DNA of 23,279 nt from Asterionella formosa (Eukaryota), in assembly GCA_002256025.1 (NCBI GenBank), contig NKIB01012180.1:62001-85279 (forward strand). Direction: 5' to 3'. This document shows, in pieces, positions 10,106 to 21,429 of the stretch (position 1 is the first letter of the stretch; every line of letters starts with the position of its first letter). The translations under genes and the position numbers were made by a program. Under the pieces are notes generated by a model. That model saw only the letters and a program-made list of their open reading frames with translations. It did no database searches and was not told the DNA's origin.

Positions 10106-10524
10106 CGTTGTGTAATAAATACATTGGCGACATCATTGATCACATGGAAGCGTGTTTGAGGTTATAGTAGTCGGATAAACCTAAAATGCTTGGTAGCAGC
10201 GGTAAAAGACGGTTTTTATTAACAGGAGAACATATCTAAAATTGTCATTTACAGCAACTTGCCAGGTCTACACGATGCCCGTACTAACGGTACTTCGGAG
10301 TACCACATAATATCGTATAGTATGCCTTTACCAGTATATAAATCGATATCTCTGTTTACTCACCTGCACATTCGCAATTTCTTCAAGTGGTATTCATCCC
10401 GTGCGTGACCACCTTCAGCCCTTCAACAAAATGATGAAAGCAAGATCCATGTCATCTCCAGCCTCTTGGGAGATATCTGAAATCATAGCTACTATTAGGT
10501 AGAGCATTGTCAGAAGGATTTGTT

Positions 10525-11250
10525 CTACTTCTTGCCTAGTTCTCGTTGAAGCTTCTGTAGCCTGAAGCCTTGTGTTCTCCTTCGGTTAGCAACATCTCTA
10601 GGAAGACTTTCTTGGGGTAGGGACAAGAGACTTGAAAGTGCTTCGTATTCAGCCACGGAATCATTTTTCTGATTGCAGATAGATACCAAAACCTCCAACG
10701 ATAGTTCGTCAGCACTGATCTTCATTGCTTCCTGAATGGATTCACTTGCATTGTCCACATTACCTACAGCAAGTTGCGCCTCTGCCAAACGTCGATTTGC
10801 CTTACTCAACCAAGCCTTTGCAAAGCCTTCGGTTATTTCCGAATTTGCCTTTGTGATTCCCTCTTTGTATAGCTCAATGGCTTTGTCGTACGCCTTTTCA
10901 TTAGCGGCTTGTTCAGCTTGTTCAAATAAATCGAATGCTGCTACGAGCCCAATGGGGACTGCTATTCCAAATCCCTCATGGAGAAACTTCAGCAGCGAAT
11001 CATGCTTGATTCTTCGGTGCACAGTCTTTTGGTTATTTGAATTTAGAATGACAATGGGACCCTTGCCACATAGCGACTGGCAGGTACCTTGCTTGACCTC
11101 GATGGACGAAGGGACAAGTGCTGATAAACGTTCAAGTGCCAACGGTGCTCCATCAGCAATACAACCAGGTGAAACGCATACTTCAAGGATGATCTTTGGT
11201 GCAGATGCAGTGAGAAGAGCGAGGGAGGCAGAGGCAAGGAACGGAGCCAT
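10525..11250 (-). CDS. Thioredoxin-like [2Fe-2S] ferredoxin domain + TPR-like helical repeats
   Basis: EVCVSPGCIADGA...GTCQSLCGKGPIV gives C-x4-C...C-x3-C-x2-GP, typical of thioredoxin-like 2Fe-2S proteins. It is followed by TPR-like helices (AYDKAIELYKEGI; LAEAQLAVGNVDNASESIQEAM). The N-terminus is short and hydrophobic, a possible targeting signal. Confidence 0.8.
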   Translation of the reverse strand: MAPFLASASLALLTASAPKIILEVCVSPGCIADGAPLALERLSALVPSSIEVKQGTCQSLCGKGPIVILNSNNQKTVHRRIKHDSLLKFLHEGFGIAVPIGLVAAFDLFEQAEQAANEKAYDKAIELYKEGITKANSEITEGFAKAWLSKANRRLAEAQLAVGNVDNASESIQEAMKISADELSLEVLVSICNQKNDSVAEYEALSSLLSLPQESLPRDVANRRRTQGFRLQKLQRELGKK

Positions 11251-11315
11251 GAGAGATGGAAACGGGTACTATGCAGAAACGTTTTGCGATGGTGGAGGGA
11301 GGGAAGAAAAGACAA

Positions 11316-11498
11316 TTACCGGTATTATAGCTACGAACGTGATAGGTAACAGGATACCATTTACCGGTACCGTATGTATGCTCTTGAATACCGGTACATG
11401 AGGGGGGGGTACCTGGTACCGGGACTGCTGTACAGTATTCTCATACCCTAACTATGATAGACAATGCCGGTACCTGGTACCGGTACCCAGGTACCAGG
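11316..11498. repeat. Cluster of GGTACC/CCGGTAC/CCTGGTAC motifs upstream of the ferredoxin-TPR gene; retrotransposon target site
   Basis: CCGGTACCTGGTACCGGTACCCAGGTACCAGG at 11467-11498, GGTACCTGGTACCGG near 11408-11422. Continues as TACCTGGTAC at 16471-16480 on the far side of the element. Confidence 0.8.
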
Positions 11499-11673
11499 TG
11501 AGCGATACTGCACATTGGTACAGATATATATAGGGTTAGGGTTATATCAGTTATATCAGAACTCGACTAACACTTGTTGTATATTTTGATGTCAACTTGG
11601 GAAAACAAGTTGTACATAAGATTAATTAGCTCATATATTCAACGAGTACTACTACTTCTAGTTAGATACTTCA
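11499..11673 (+). repeat. 5' LTR (175 bp)
   Basis: TGAGCGATACTG...GATACTTCA. Direct repeat of 16289-16465 with about 8 substitutions, a 1-nt indel and a 3-nt indel by manual alignment. Confidence 0.97.
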
Positions 11674-11712
11674 CTTTGAATTCAAAAAGAGTCCAATTAG
11701 AAGAAAACAAAC

Positions 11713-14700
11713 ATGGCAATGTATTCAAGGGTTCCTGTCATTCCTTTGATTAAAGATTACAATGTATTGACTATCAAGACTAAAACATTCAGAGTTGCTT
11801 TAACCAGTGGAAGGTTTGAATCGTTTGATCAAGATATAAACGATGGAAGCTCTGTGGAAGCATTGTTGATCGGAGTGAATCAATTTCGTGACATGGCTAA
11901 CACATGTGCCTTCAGCCCTGCAGATACCTTTTCCTACTTTAAAAGGTGTTTGACTGACATTGCCTTATCAGATTGGTTGAATGTGGAGGTACACCCAGAA
12001 GATCAATTCGATGATAGTTTCGAAGAAGCAATAACTTTGTGGTTAGACGATTGTTTACCAAACAAGAGTTTTCAACGTCAACGACAATGGATGCTACTCT
12101 ACTTGTCTAAACCCTTTTCTATGTTGGTAATGGATTTCGGAGCTTGTATTACTAAGACTTTGAACAGGCTACTTCAACTAATGCCTTATCCAGAAGATCA
12201 AAACGGATTGTCAAAAGAAGATATGCGGATCATCATCATCATCCAATCTATGCCCAATGAGTGGCAACAAGAGTTTGAATTGAATCATGCTAAAACTTCA
12301 GACCAATCAATTCGCTCGGTTCTCGCTTACTTCGAGAGTCAACAATAGTTTAAGGATCGAAACAAGCATCTTCCCAAGAACCTTTTTCAAGCAATCACGC
12401 AAAATCGTCTTCGTACTGCTGAAGGCAATCGTGTGATGCGTCAAGAAAACGAGCGTGTCAGTCGTCAATTCTACAAGGATAATTTTACTCCAAGTGGTCG
12501 TGGATGAGCGCGTGCCATTGTCAATGCAGCCGGTCGCGCATGGGATCGTCAGGCGACTGTTCGTCATCAAGTTCTACAAGCCAGTTGTATGTACCATGAT
12601 TTTCGTGGTTCTTGCCCGGTACATCCTGAAGGTGCAATCACTTGGGGCAATTGTTTTCAGAACCCTCGTACTCAAGGTGGTCGAGCAGGTCGCATGGCTG
12701 GTCGTCATAATGGACGTGGCCGTTCCAGTTTCTGTAGACAAGGACATTTTGGTGGTCGTGGAGGCGGTTCACACAGCAATCCTAGGGAAAGTTACCATAC
12801 TGACACTACTAACCCTGTGTCTGCTCCACATGTTTGTATGTTAAAATCATGGGGTCGTAATACTCATCCATCCGGTTGGGGTACCGTGCCACGTGCCGAT
12901 ACTACCCAGAATACATTGGCCCAGGAAATTTCAGTGGTCACGAACCCTCCTGCTGGTCAGATAGTGACTTTTGTCCCTACTACACAACAGCAGATTGCTG
13001 ATCGCCATCACAGAGGTATGTTCGATAATAGCGATGCTATGATTCCGATGTCTCTTTTAGAGCCACAATTGGTGGATGCTATATGTATGCATGCAATACT
13101 ACAAGTATTGTTTGATAGTGGAGGATCCTTATCCTTAATACATGAACGAGTTATGCCTCAAGGTATTTCTTTGTCTAACGAGACTTCACAATTAATACAT
13201 ACCATAGCTGGTACTTATTCATCTCATGCCACTGTTATTTTACATGACCTGGTGATTCTACCTGAATTTAATCGATCTGCTCGTGTTTTACAACAAAAGT
13301 GTCAAGTTTTTAATGGTCTATGCACATTTGATGCTATTTTAGGACTTGATTTCCTTCGTCAAGTTGGTTTAACCGTTGATTTCGTAAATAACACCATGTC
13401 CTGTATGGATATAACTGTTCCTATGCATTCTCTCGCATTCTTTGATGATGCAGAACGTTAACGTGATGTATTATTATATTTTGATGCACCTATGATTATG
13501 GAATCTTCATATGCGCTGGAAATTAAAGCTGCTGAATATAAATATGTGAATATTGATACAGTGGTGAATAAACAGATGCATTTAACAACAATGCAACGGT
13601 CATGTTTGCGAACTATATTGGTTGAATATCAAACGTTATTTAATGGAAAAAAGAAAAAGTTTATCCTCATAAACAGGTATATTTGGAATTATTATCAAAT
13701 GCCATCCCTCGTAATCAATTAGCATATCCTGTCGCTCATATTCATTTAGAAGTTTTCAAAGCCGAATTACAACGGTTGTGTGATATTGGAGTCCTACAAA
13801 AATGCGGTGCTTCTAAATGGGCGTCGCCTACTTTTATTATTCCTAAAAAGGATGGAAGTGTCCGATGGGTATCAGATTTTCGTGAACTCAATAAAGTCAT
13901 CAATCGCAATATATATCCGTTACCTCGAATACAAACGATTCTCACTAAACGTTCTGGATATGTATTCTTCACCAAATTGGATGTTTCTATCATGCAATAC
14001 TATACTTTCGCATTAGATGTGGAGAGTCAAAATTTATGCGTTATTTCCACTCCATTTGGTTTATTTAAATATTTACGTCTCCCTATGGGGGTGAAACAAT
14101 CATCTGATATTGCACAAGAAACTATGGAACAGATTCTTAGTGATTTAGATGATGTGGAAATTTATATTGATGATGTGGGTTGTTTTTCAATGAATTTTTC
14201 GGATCACATTCATTTATTGGATACCATTTTACATCGTTTACAGGCAAATGGTTTTACAATTAATCCATCTAAGTGTGAATGGGCAGTCCAAGAGACAGAT
14301 TGGTTAGGCTATTGTTTAACTCCTAATGGACTGATATCTTGGTCTAAAAAGTTCCAAGCATTGATTAATATGTCTTCACCTATCAATCTTAAACAAGTCA
14401 GATCATTTCTTGGTGCTGTTACGTACCATCGAGACATGTTTCCTAGACGATCTCATGTTCTTGGACCGCTTACAGATTTAATTGGAACTAGTCCATTTGT
14501 CTGGTTGCCTATAAATCAACAAGCTTTTGAAGAAATGAAAGCGTTGTTGGTTGCAGATACACACTCATGCGTTATCCTGATCATAATCTTCCTTTTCATA
14601 TCTTTACTGATGCCTCTGATTATCAATTAGGGTCGGTCATTATGCAAAATGATCTCCCAGTTGCTTATTATTCTCGCAAATTATCTGCTGCTCAAAAGAA

Positions 14701-16262
14701 TTATACTACTTTCTTTGAAAAAGAATTTCTTTCTGTCGTAGAAACGTTCAAAGAATTTCGCTCTATGTTATTTGGTGCAGTTCTACATGTTCATACTGAT
14801 CATCGAAATCTTATTTATAATACTTTACATACTCAACGTGTTCTAAGATGGAGACTTTATATTGAAGAATATCATCCTACTTTTCATTATGTGAAAGGGA
14901 CTGACAATGCTATTGCAGATTCCATCTCTCGCCTCCGGAGGCTTGAGTCTTTTCCTAGGGATGATATTGGACAGAAATCTCCAGCATCAACATCTATTTC
15001 TACCTTTTCAATTGAATTAGATGATGAACCTTTGCTTACCTGTTTCCTTAATCATCCAATCTTGACAGACAATATTCAATATCCTCTGGATTATAATTTA
15101 TTACATGATAGACAATTGCTTGATATACAATTGATTCTAAATCAACAAACACATCCGTTAAAATTTCCCTCTATCAATTTTCATGACATGCTGTTTTTAA
15201 TATGTTTTGTGAAGAATCCAGGAGATACTTGGCGTATTGCTATTCCTACATCATTATTGGATCCTTTTATTAATTGGTATCATCACATGTTAGCTCATGG
15301 GCTGGGTATGACAAGAATAAATGCTACAATTGCTACACATTTTTTATCACCCTACATTGAAAGCAAGAGTGGAACATATTGTAAGAGTATGTGAAGCATG
15401 TCAGCGTACAAAATTACCTGGTACTGGTTTTGGTGAACTTCCACCCAGGAATGCATTGTTATTACCATGGTCAGAAGTCGCAGTAGTAGGTTTAATTGGT
15501 CCATGGAAGATAACAGTGGCTACTCAAGTGATTGAATTTCGTTCTCTAAGTTGTATTGATACAGTTACCGATTTGGCAGAAATTTCATGTATCAATAACA
15601 AAATATCAGAATATATTGCAATGAAATTTGAAAATGATTGGTTAGCCAGATATCCCCGTCCAGAACGTTGTATACATGACAATGGAGGTGAATTTACTGG
15701 TGCTCCTTTCTTACACATGTTGGTGTTGAATGGAATTAAAGATGTGACTACTACAGTCAAGAATCCACAAGCAAATGCTATCTGTGAACGTTTACATCAA
15801 TCTATCAGTAATAGTCTATGAGTTATGTTAAAGGCTCATCCTCCAATGAATGAATTTCAAGCCCAAAATATTGTGGATACGTGTTTTGCAACTGCATCAT
15901 ATGCAGCTCGAACTACTATTCATAGTATATTAAGTATTTCACCAGGTGCATGGGTTTTTCAACGTGATATGATATAAAATATTCCTTTGATTACAGATTT
16001 ACAATTGATTCATCAACGTCGAAAGGTTATAATCGACGAACGCTTACGTCGCGTTAATTTTCGTCGTCGATCTTATGATTACAAAGTGGGTGATGAGATT
16101 TTAATACTTTTGGATAATCCTACTACTTTGGATGATCGTGGACGAGGTCCTTATACTATTATTCAAGTACGACATGCCAATGGTACATCTACTTTTCAAC
16201 GCACTATGCATATTACAGCAGAACGAATTAATATTCGTCGTATCAAACCTTTTCATAGGTAA
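11713..16262 (+). pseudogene. Disrupted gag-pol polyprotein of the Gypsy element
   Basis: Gag from ATG 11713 with a knuckle-like CPVHPEGAITWGNC and RG-rich tracts; protease LFDSG; RT (WASPTFIIPKKDG, DFRELNK, YIDD); RNase H (FTDASDYQLG, YYSRKL, TDHRNL); integrase (H...H...CEAC, IHDNGGEF, NPQANAICERLH, GPY). In-frame stops at 12346, 12505, 13459, 15819 and 15975; frameshifts near 13650, 14560 and 15345. No chromodomain. Confidence 0.95.
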
Positions 16263-16275
16263 AAGGTTTTCCCTC

Positions 16276-16288
16276 AAGTGTGGGAGAG
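16276..16288 (+). other. Polypurine tract (plus-strand primer) of the retrotransposon
   Basis: AAGTGTGGGAGAG abuts the TG of the 3' LTR. Confidence 0.75.
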
Positions 16289-16465
16289 TGAGCGATCCTG
16301 CACATTGATACAGATTTATATAGGGTTAGGTTATATCAAATATATCAGAACTCGACTAACACCTGTTGTATATTTTGATGTCAACTTGGGAAAACAAGTT
16401 GTACATAAGATTAATTAGCTCATATATTCAACAAATACTAGTACTACTTCTAGTTAGATACTTCA
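16289..16465 (+). repeat. 3' LTR (177 bp)
   Basis: TGAGCGATCCTG...GATACTTCA, immediately followed by the TSD CCAGG. Confidence 0.97.
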
Positions 16466-16896
16466 CCAGGTACCTGGTACTGCAGATATTTCATATGCGT
16501 AGAAGTTGCCTCACGCAGTCGACCGCCTGTTAGCTATTGTTAAAAGGTCTTGTACTCCTTTCCATCTGATGGGTATCCTCTTACGAAGGTCTTAACTGTT
16601 GCACCACTAGTATTGTCATCTTCTTTCTGCTGGCTGCTAGCCTTCTTGCTAGTTGTCGCTATTGACCTTAGTCTACATTGTCAATTCTCACTATTTCTTA
16701 ATTATAAGCTTGAACTAAAGCTATGTTTCAATCCCATTTATCACACTTTGAGAACCTGTTCTTCGTGTTCCCTTTTCGTTGATGTAAACCTTCTTCTGAT
16801 TGATCTAAGACATGGGAACGCATCATTTGACTCATTGGATTGTAGTCGAGTCCACAGTCCTTGTGACTCATTATAGCGATTAATTAGCATTTGAGT

Positions 16897-16944
16897 AGGT
16901 ACATGGTAACAGGTACCAGTGGTACAGGATACTGGTACCGGTAG
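16897..16944. repeat. GGTAC-motif cluster upstream of AQR
   Basis: AGGTACATGGTAACAGGTACCAGTGGTACAGGATACTGGTACCGGTAG, about 150-190 bp before the AQR ATG. Confidence 0.75.
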
Positions 16945-17089
16945 ACTAGCTAGGTCTATTACGTACTGCCTACAAATGATGATTATGTAGGACGACGAGA
17001 AAAATAATAATAAATGATACTGCTTAAAAAATAATCATATGATATATACTATCATAGCCTAATAAAACAAGGCAACCCCGTGTTCCACC

Positions 17090-20000
17090 ATGGCACAGCC
17101 AGCGCCCCGTCGCCGCAAGGCTGCAGCTGGTCCAAACAACAAGCCAATGGCAGCCAAGAAAGCGAGGCCTAACAACCTCTCCATCGCTATGCTCTATAAG
17201 AACTTCGCGAATGACATAACTGACGAAAGTCATCGTCAACTGGAAGAAGGAGGCGCTGCTCAGGAAGTAATTTGGCCCTATCTATCTTCTGCCAAGAAGC
17301 GCGACGAAGAATGGCGTCAGGCATGCGAGCTTCTTGTCGTGGCTGTAGTGGTGCAAGATCGACCACCTCTAGACTTTATCAACAATGCGGACGCTCTCTT
17401 GCAGGTGCTGGACACGCTGTTGTTTCAGGTGGAGCTTACCGCATCCATCGTTCACTTTGTCACTGTCTTGCTGGCTTCGGAGCTCAAGGAAATTACCAAT
17501 TGCGTGCAAGAATATTTAGCAGGTGTGAAACTCTGTCATTTCATGCCTGTTCGGAGACTGGAATATGAACTAAAGAAGTCGGCTGGATTGCGACGGAGGT
17601 TAGCACAAACGGAAAAACCGGCAAAGTTTTGGGTTGTACAATGGATCGAAAAGATATTGACTACTCTGCAAGGACCGAGCCACGAAAATAGAGAATTTTT
17701 GTACCGGTCTTTGGAACTTCTGGTCGACATGCTATCTGCCATCGTGACTCGACAATACTTGGTCATGTACTTGGACGCCATTCACTTTGTGGTCAGATGC
17801 AAACGCTCCAGCCAAGATGACAAGTTGACGCTGCAGTTGCTTCAACGAGTATATCGTCTAGGAGCCTTTCCTATTCGCGACAAGACTGCACTTAGCAAAG
17901 AAGATGTAACGTCAATCTACCACATGAGGGCGACTATTCTTCAGAAATTGCTTCACCGCCACTATCCCGATGCTTCTCCAGAGGTTATATACGCTGGTGT
18001 TGGACTCCTTTGCAATGGAAAGTACTTACCTAGAGCCATGGGAGGATTGAGCGATGTTCAAATTATGGATGTTCTATACCGCATCCGCTTAATTGAGAGC
18101 AAGGAATCGTTCCAGGGTGATCGTGAACTCATGATGGACATTTTGATGCATCATGTCACCATTCCTCCTTATCCCTTGGATCAACTAAGGACTATCCCAT
18201 TGTATCCGACCGAAAATATCCTCTGGGATCACAATTTTATTCCTCCAAACCGTACAAGGACAAATACTGTCCTGTCGCTTCCTAAGCTACAAACTCAATT
18301 CCTGTCGTACCAGGATTATTTGTTAAGAAACTTTGAATTGCTTCGACTCGAATCAGCTTACGAGATCCGTTCCGATCTAGTGGATGTCGTTCGAAGAGTG
18401 CGACCAGTTGTGCGACAAAAGGTTGCAGAGGAAATTAATGATATGGTGCTGAAGACTGATTTCACCGGATGGGCCAGAATGGCGTTGGAAGTGGAGAAGC
18501 CGATAAGACTTGCACGTGTTGGTCCTCCAAAGATTGGAGATAACATTCCTTCACAGGTTATTGCAGAGATTCAAATTGATCTAGTTCATTGTGGTCTTTC
18601 GATCCGCAAGGAATGGGATTCGCTCGCAGAATTTGATAATTTGTTTCTGGTTGTCATTGATGCAGCGACGATGAGCGGAGAACCCGCCCCGACATATGGC
18701 GACAACATTAGAGTTCCTGATGATGAGGACTCGACATTTGCGAAACGCTATGGTGTGAAAGCGGTGCGTGGTTGTATGGTATTGCAAGTCCGTGACGAAG
18801 ACGGAACTATTCTTAGTGATCCATCGTTGCAAGCGAACGAGCATCGTCATCGGGGGACCAAGCGAATCCTTCGAGTAGCCCTTGATCCAGCTCAATATTC
18901 AATGGATTCAAAATCCAAGCGAGGAACTGATGTTTATCAAGCCGTTAATCTGATCATTCGTCGCCAAGGCCGCGAAAACAATTTCAAGGCTGTTCTTGAA
19001 ACCATCCGTGGTCTCATGGAAGGATCCGGATCTATTGAACGAGTTATTCCGCAATGGTTGCAGCCTCTATTGCTTGGATATGGTGACCCTTCGTCAGCGT
19101 CATACAAATCTGATGCCATCAAGAGTTTTGCGACGAAGACGCCAGGTGTCGCAAATCCTGATGCAGCATTGGATTTTGGGGACACCTTCGTCGACGAAGC
19201 CCACCTTCGCGAGTCCTTTCCACATTTCAATGTGATTGTTGACGGGAAGCAGGAGCCGAACAAAGAAAAATACTGCAAGAGACTAAACTATAAAGTTCGA
19301 ATTCAAGTCGACGAGTCTGCCGGTCGTGTCGCTGAAGTTACTTCGTACTCATTCGACGAAGAAACAATTGGCAACCCTGTTCGTTTCACTCCAGTTCAAG
19401 TCGAGGCAATTCGGTCAGGACTTTCGCTTGGCTTAACTTTGGTGGTAGGACCGCCCGGAACAGGTGGGTGTGCTCATGAATTTTCGTCTTCCTATCTGTT
19501 CTTTTTCTGACAACGCTTTCTTGTTCGACTATAAAATCCACCCTTCGTTCAGGAAAAACCGACACTGTCGTTCAGATAATTACTAGCCTCTATCATTCTT
19601 ACCCTTCACAACGAACTGTAATTATCACCCACTCCAATGCGGCGTTGAACGATATATTTGAGAAAGTTATGGCACGCGGTGATATTGACGAGCGATACAT
19701 GATCCGACTCGGATCCGGGGAACGCGACCTCAACATTGAATCTTCCCATGACTTTACTAAAACGGGTCGCGTCGCTCATTCACTTTCTAGACGGAGTGTA
19801 CTTTTGGAGCAAGTTCAGCTACTCTCAGAGTCTCTGGGAGTTAGCACGAAGGCAGAACGCGGCACGGATGGGTCAGCTTCGTACACATGCGAAACTGCAG
19901 AATACTTTAACAGACACTACATTCAGAAGCACATTCAAATTTTCAAGGCTCGAACGGCTGGCTCAATGGCAGAATTGGATGAAACATTCCCTTTTAAGAC

Positions 20001-21210
20001 TTATTTTTCGACCGGATCCGAAAACCTTACCATTGAAGAAGCAAGGAAAAAAATCGAAAGAATTGAAAGCATGTTTCGAGAGCTCGCCGAATACAGACCG
20101 CTTGAAATGCTTCGATCTCAGCGACAGAGAACTGATTACTTCCTTTTGAAACAGGCGAAGATTGTGGCGATGACATGCACTCATGCAGCCATTGCACGAT
20201 CTCACCTCGTGGAACTTGGCTTCCATTATGACAATCTCGTTGTAGAGGAGGCAGCACAAATGCTGGAAGTTGAAACGTTTGTTCCAATGCTACTTCAAAG
20301 AGGAGAGTCAGACAAAGCTGCGTCTTCATTGTCAAGATTGAAGCGCATTTGTCTAGTTGGCGACCACAACCAACTTCCACCAGTTGTAAAAAATATGTCG
20401 TTTGCAAAATTCAGCAACCTAGATCAAAGTTTGTTCACTCGATTGATTCGAATGGGCGTTCCCTTCATTCAACTCAATAAGCAAGGCCGAGCTCGAGCGG
20501 ATATCGCAAAGCTATATAGCTGGCGATACAAGGATCTTGGTGACCTCGACCATGTCTTTGCTTTGGATCGATTCAAGCGATCAAACCCAGGTTTTGTTCA
20601 CACATTCCAATTCATTAATGTTGAGAACTTTGAGGGTAAGGGAGAAACGACACCTACGGCCCATTTCTATCAGAATGTCGGCGAGGCTGAGTTCGCGGTT
20701 GCAATGTTTCAGTACATGGTATTGATCGGTTATCCTGCAGAGAAGATTTCAATCCTAACAACTTACAATGGGCAAAAGGAATTGCTTCATGACATTTTAT
20801 CCCAGCGATGCGGGAGCGGCACCCCTTTTTCTGGCATACGACCAAAAGCTGTTTCGACTGTGGATCAGTACCAAGGTCAACAGAATGATGTAATTCTCCT
20901 TTCGTTGGTACGAACTGAATCTGTTGGGCACCTTCGTGATTTCCGTCGACTTATAGTGGCTGTTTCGAGAGCCCAGCTTGGTCTGTATGTTCTCGGTCGC
21001 CAGGGTCTTTTTCAAGACTGTCACGAGCTCAAGCAAACCATGGACCGATTCGCTGCACGGCCCAACAAACTCCAACTTGTATTGGGCGAACAATATCCGT
21101 GTGATCGCCAGATTGGCGAAAAAGTTGATAAGGGAAAAACTTTCGAGATTCAGGATGTGAGTCACATGGGGTCAATTGTCTACAGCATGCAACAGGATTG
21201 GGTACGTTAG
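17090..21210 (+). CDS. AQR: RNA helicase Aquarius / intron-binding protein IBP160; exons 17090-19463 and 19553-21210, 1343 aa
   Basis: Aquarius signatures IPLYPTENILWD, LSLPKLQTQFLSYQDYLLRNFELLRLESAYEIRSD, GWARMAL, RRQGRENNFKAVLETIR, NPVRFTPVQVEAIRSG, IVAMTCTHAAI, EEAAQMLEVETF, GDHNQLPP and TVDQYQGQQND. An 89-nt GT-AG intron (19464-19552, branch CTGAC near 19507) splits the Walker A motif; splicing restores GPPGTGKT in frame. Confidence 0.97.
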
Positions 21211-21268
21211 TAGTAAATGTGATCTAAAACAGGAGATTTGATTCCAGCATTAAATCATTGCCCCCTAT

Positions 21269-21342
21269 ATTGGTGATAGTATTCAAAGAATAAATTACTG
21301 TTAATTCAACTAGATTGGTGATAGTATTCAAAGAACAAATTA
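21269..21342 (+). repeat. 29-bp direct repeat, 2 copies, 1 mismatch, between convergent AQR and NDUFA12
   Basis: ATTGGTGATAGTATTCAAAGAAYAAATTA at 21269-21297 and 21314-21342. Confidence 0.9.
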
Positions 21343-21429
21343 ATTTCAATCATGTCTAAAAAATTACTTTATAGGGTATCAGACTAGACTATCTGTAATA
21401 CTATTCACCAAGTGACAAAGTCAATGAAT

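Larger units (their letters stand above)
11499..16465 (+). mobile_element. Full-length, decayed Ty3/Gypsy LTR retrotransposon (4967 bp)
   Basis: Two LTRs with TG...CA ends, a 5-bp TSD CCAGG (11494-11498 and 16466-16470), a purine tract before the 3' LTR, and internal order gag-PR-RT-RNaseH-integrase, which defines Ty3/Gypsy. Confidence 0.97.

Noticed and set aside
10736..11401. 221-aa plus-strand ORF
   Set aside because: Antisense shadow of the ferredoxin-TPR gene with no recognisable motifs.
12346..12348. Programmed stop read-through or frameshift between gag and pol
   Set aside because: The stop lies inside gag, before the knuckle motif, and is one of several stops and frameshifts scattered through the element; decay explains it more simply.
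11713..16262. Endogenous retrovirus, Ty1/Copia element, or prokaryotic RT system (retron, DGR)
   Set aside because: No env-like ORF; integrase follows RT-RNaseH; LTRs, TSD and PPT fit an ordinary Ty3/Gypsy element.
16550..16876. 108-aa ORF between the LTR and AQR
   Set aside because: Non-ATG start, Leu/Phe/Cys-rich composition typical of AT-rich non-coding DNA, no motifs.
17090..21210. Two separate helicase-related genes as shown in the ORF track
   Set aside because: A single 89-nt intron joins them in frame and restores Walker A GPPGTGKT, giving one Aquarius gene.
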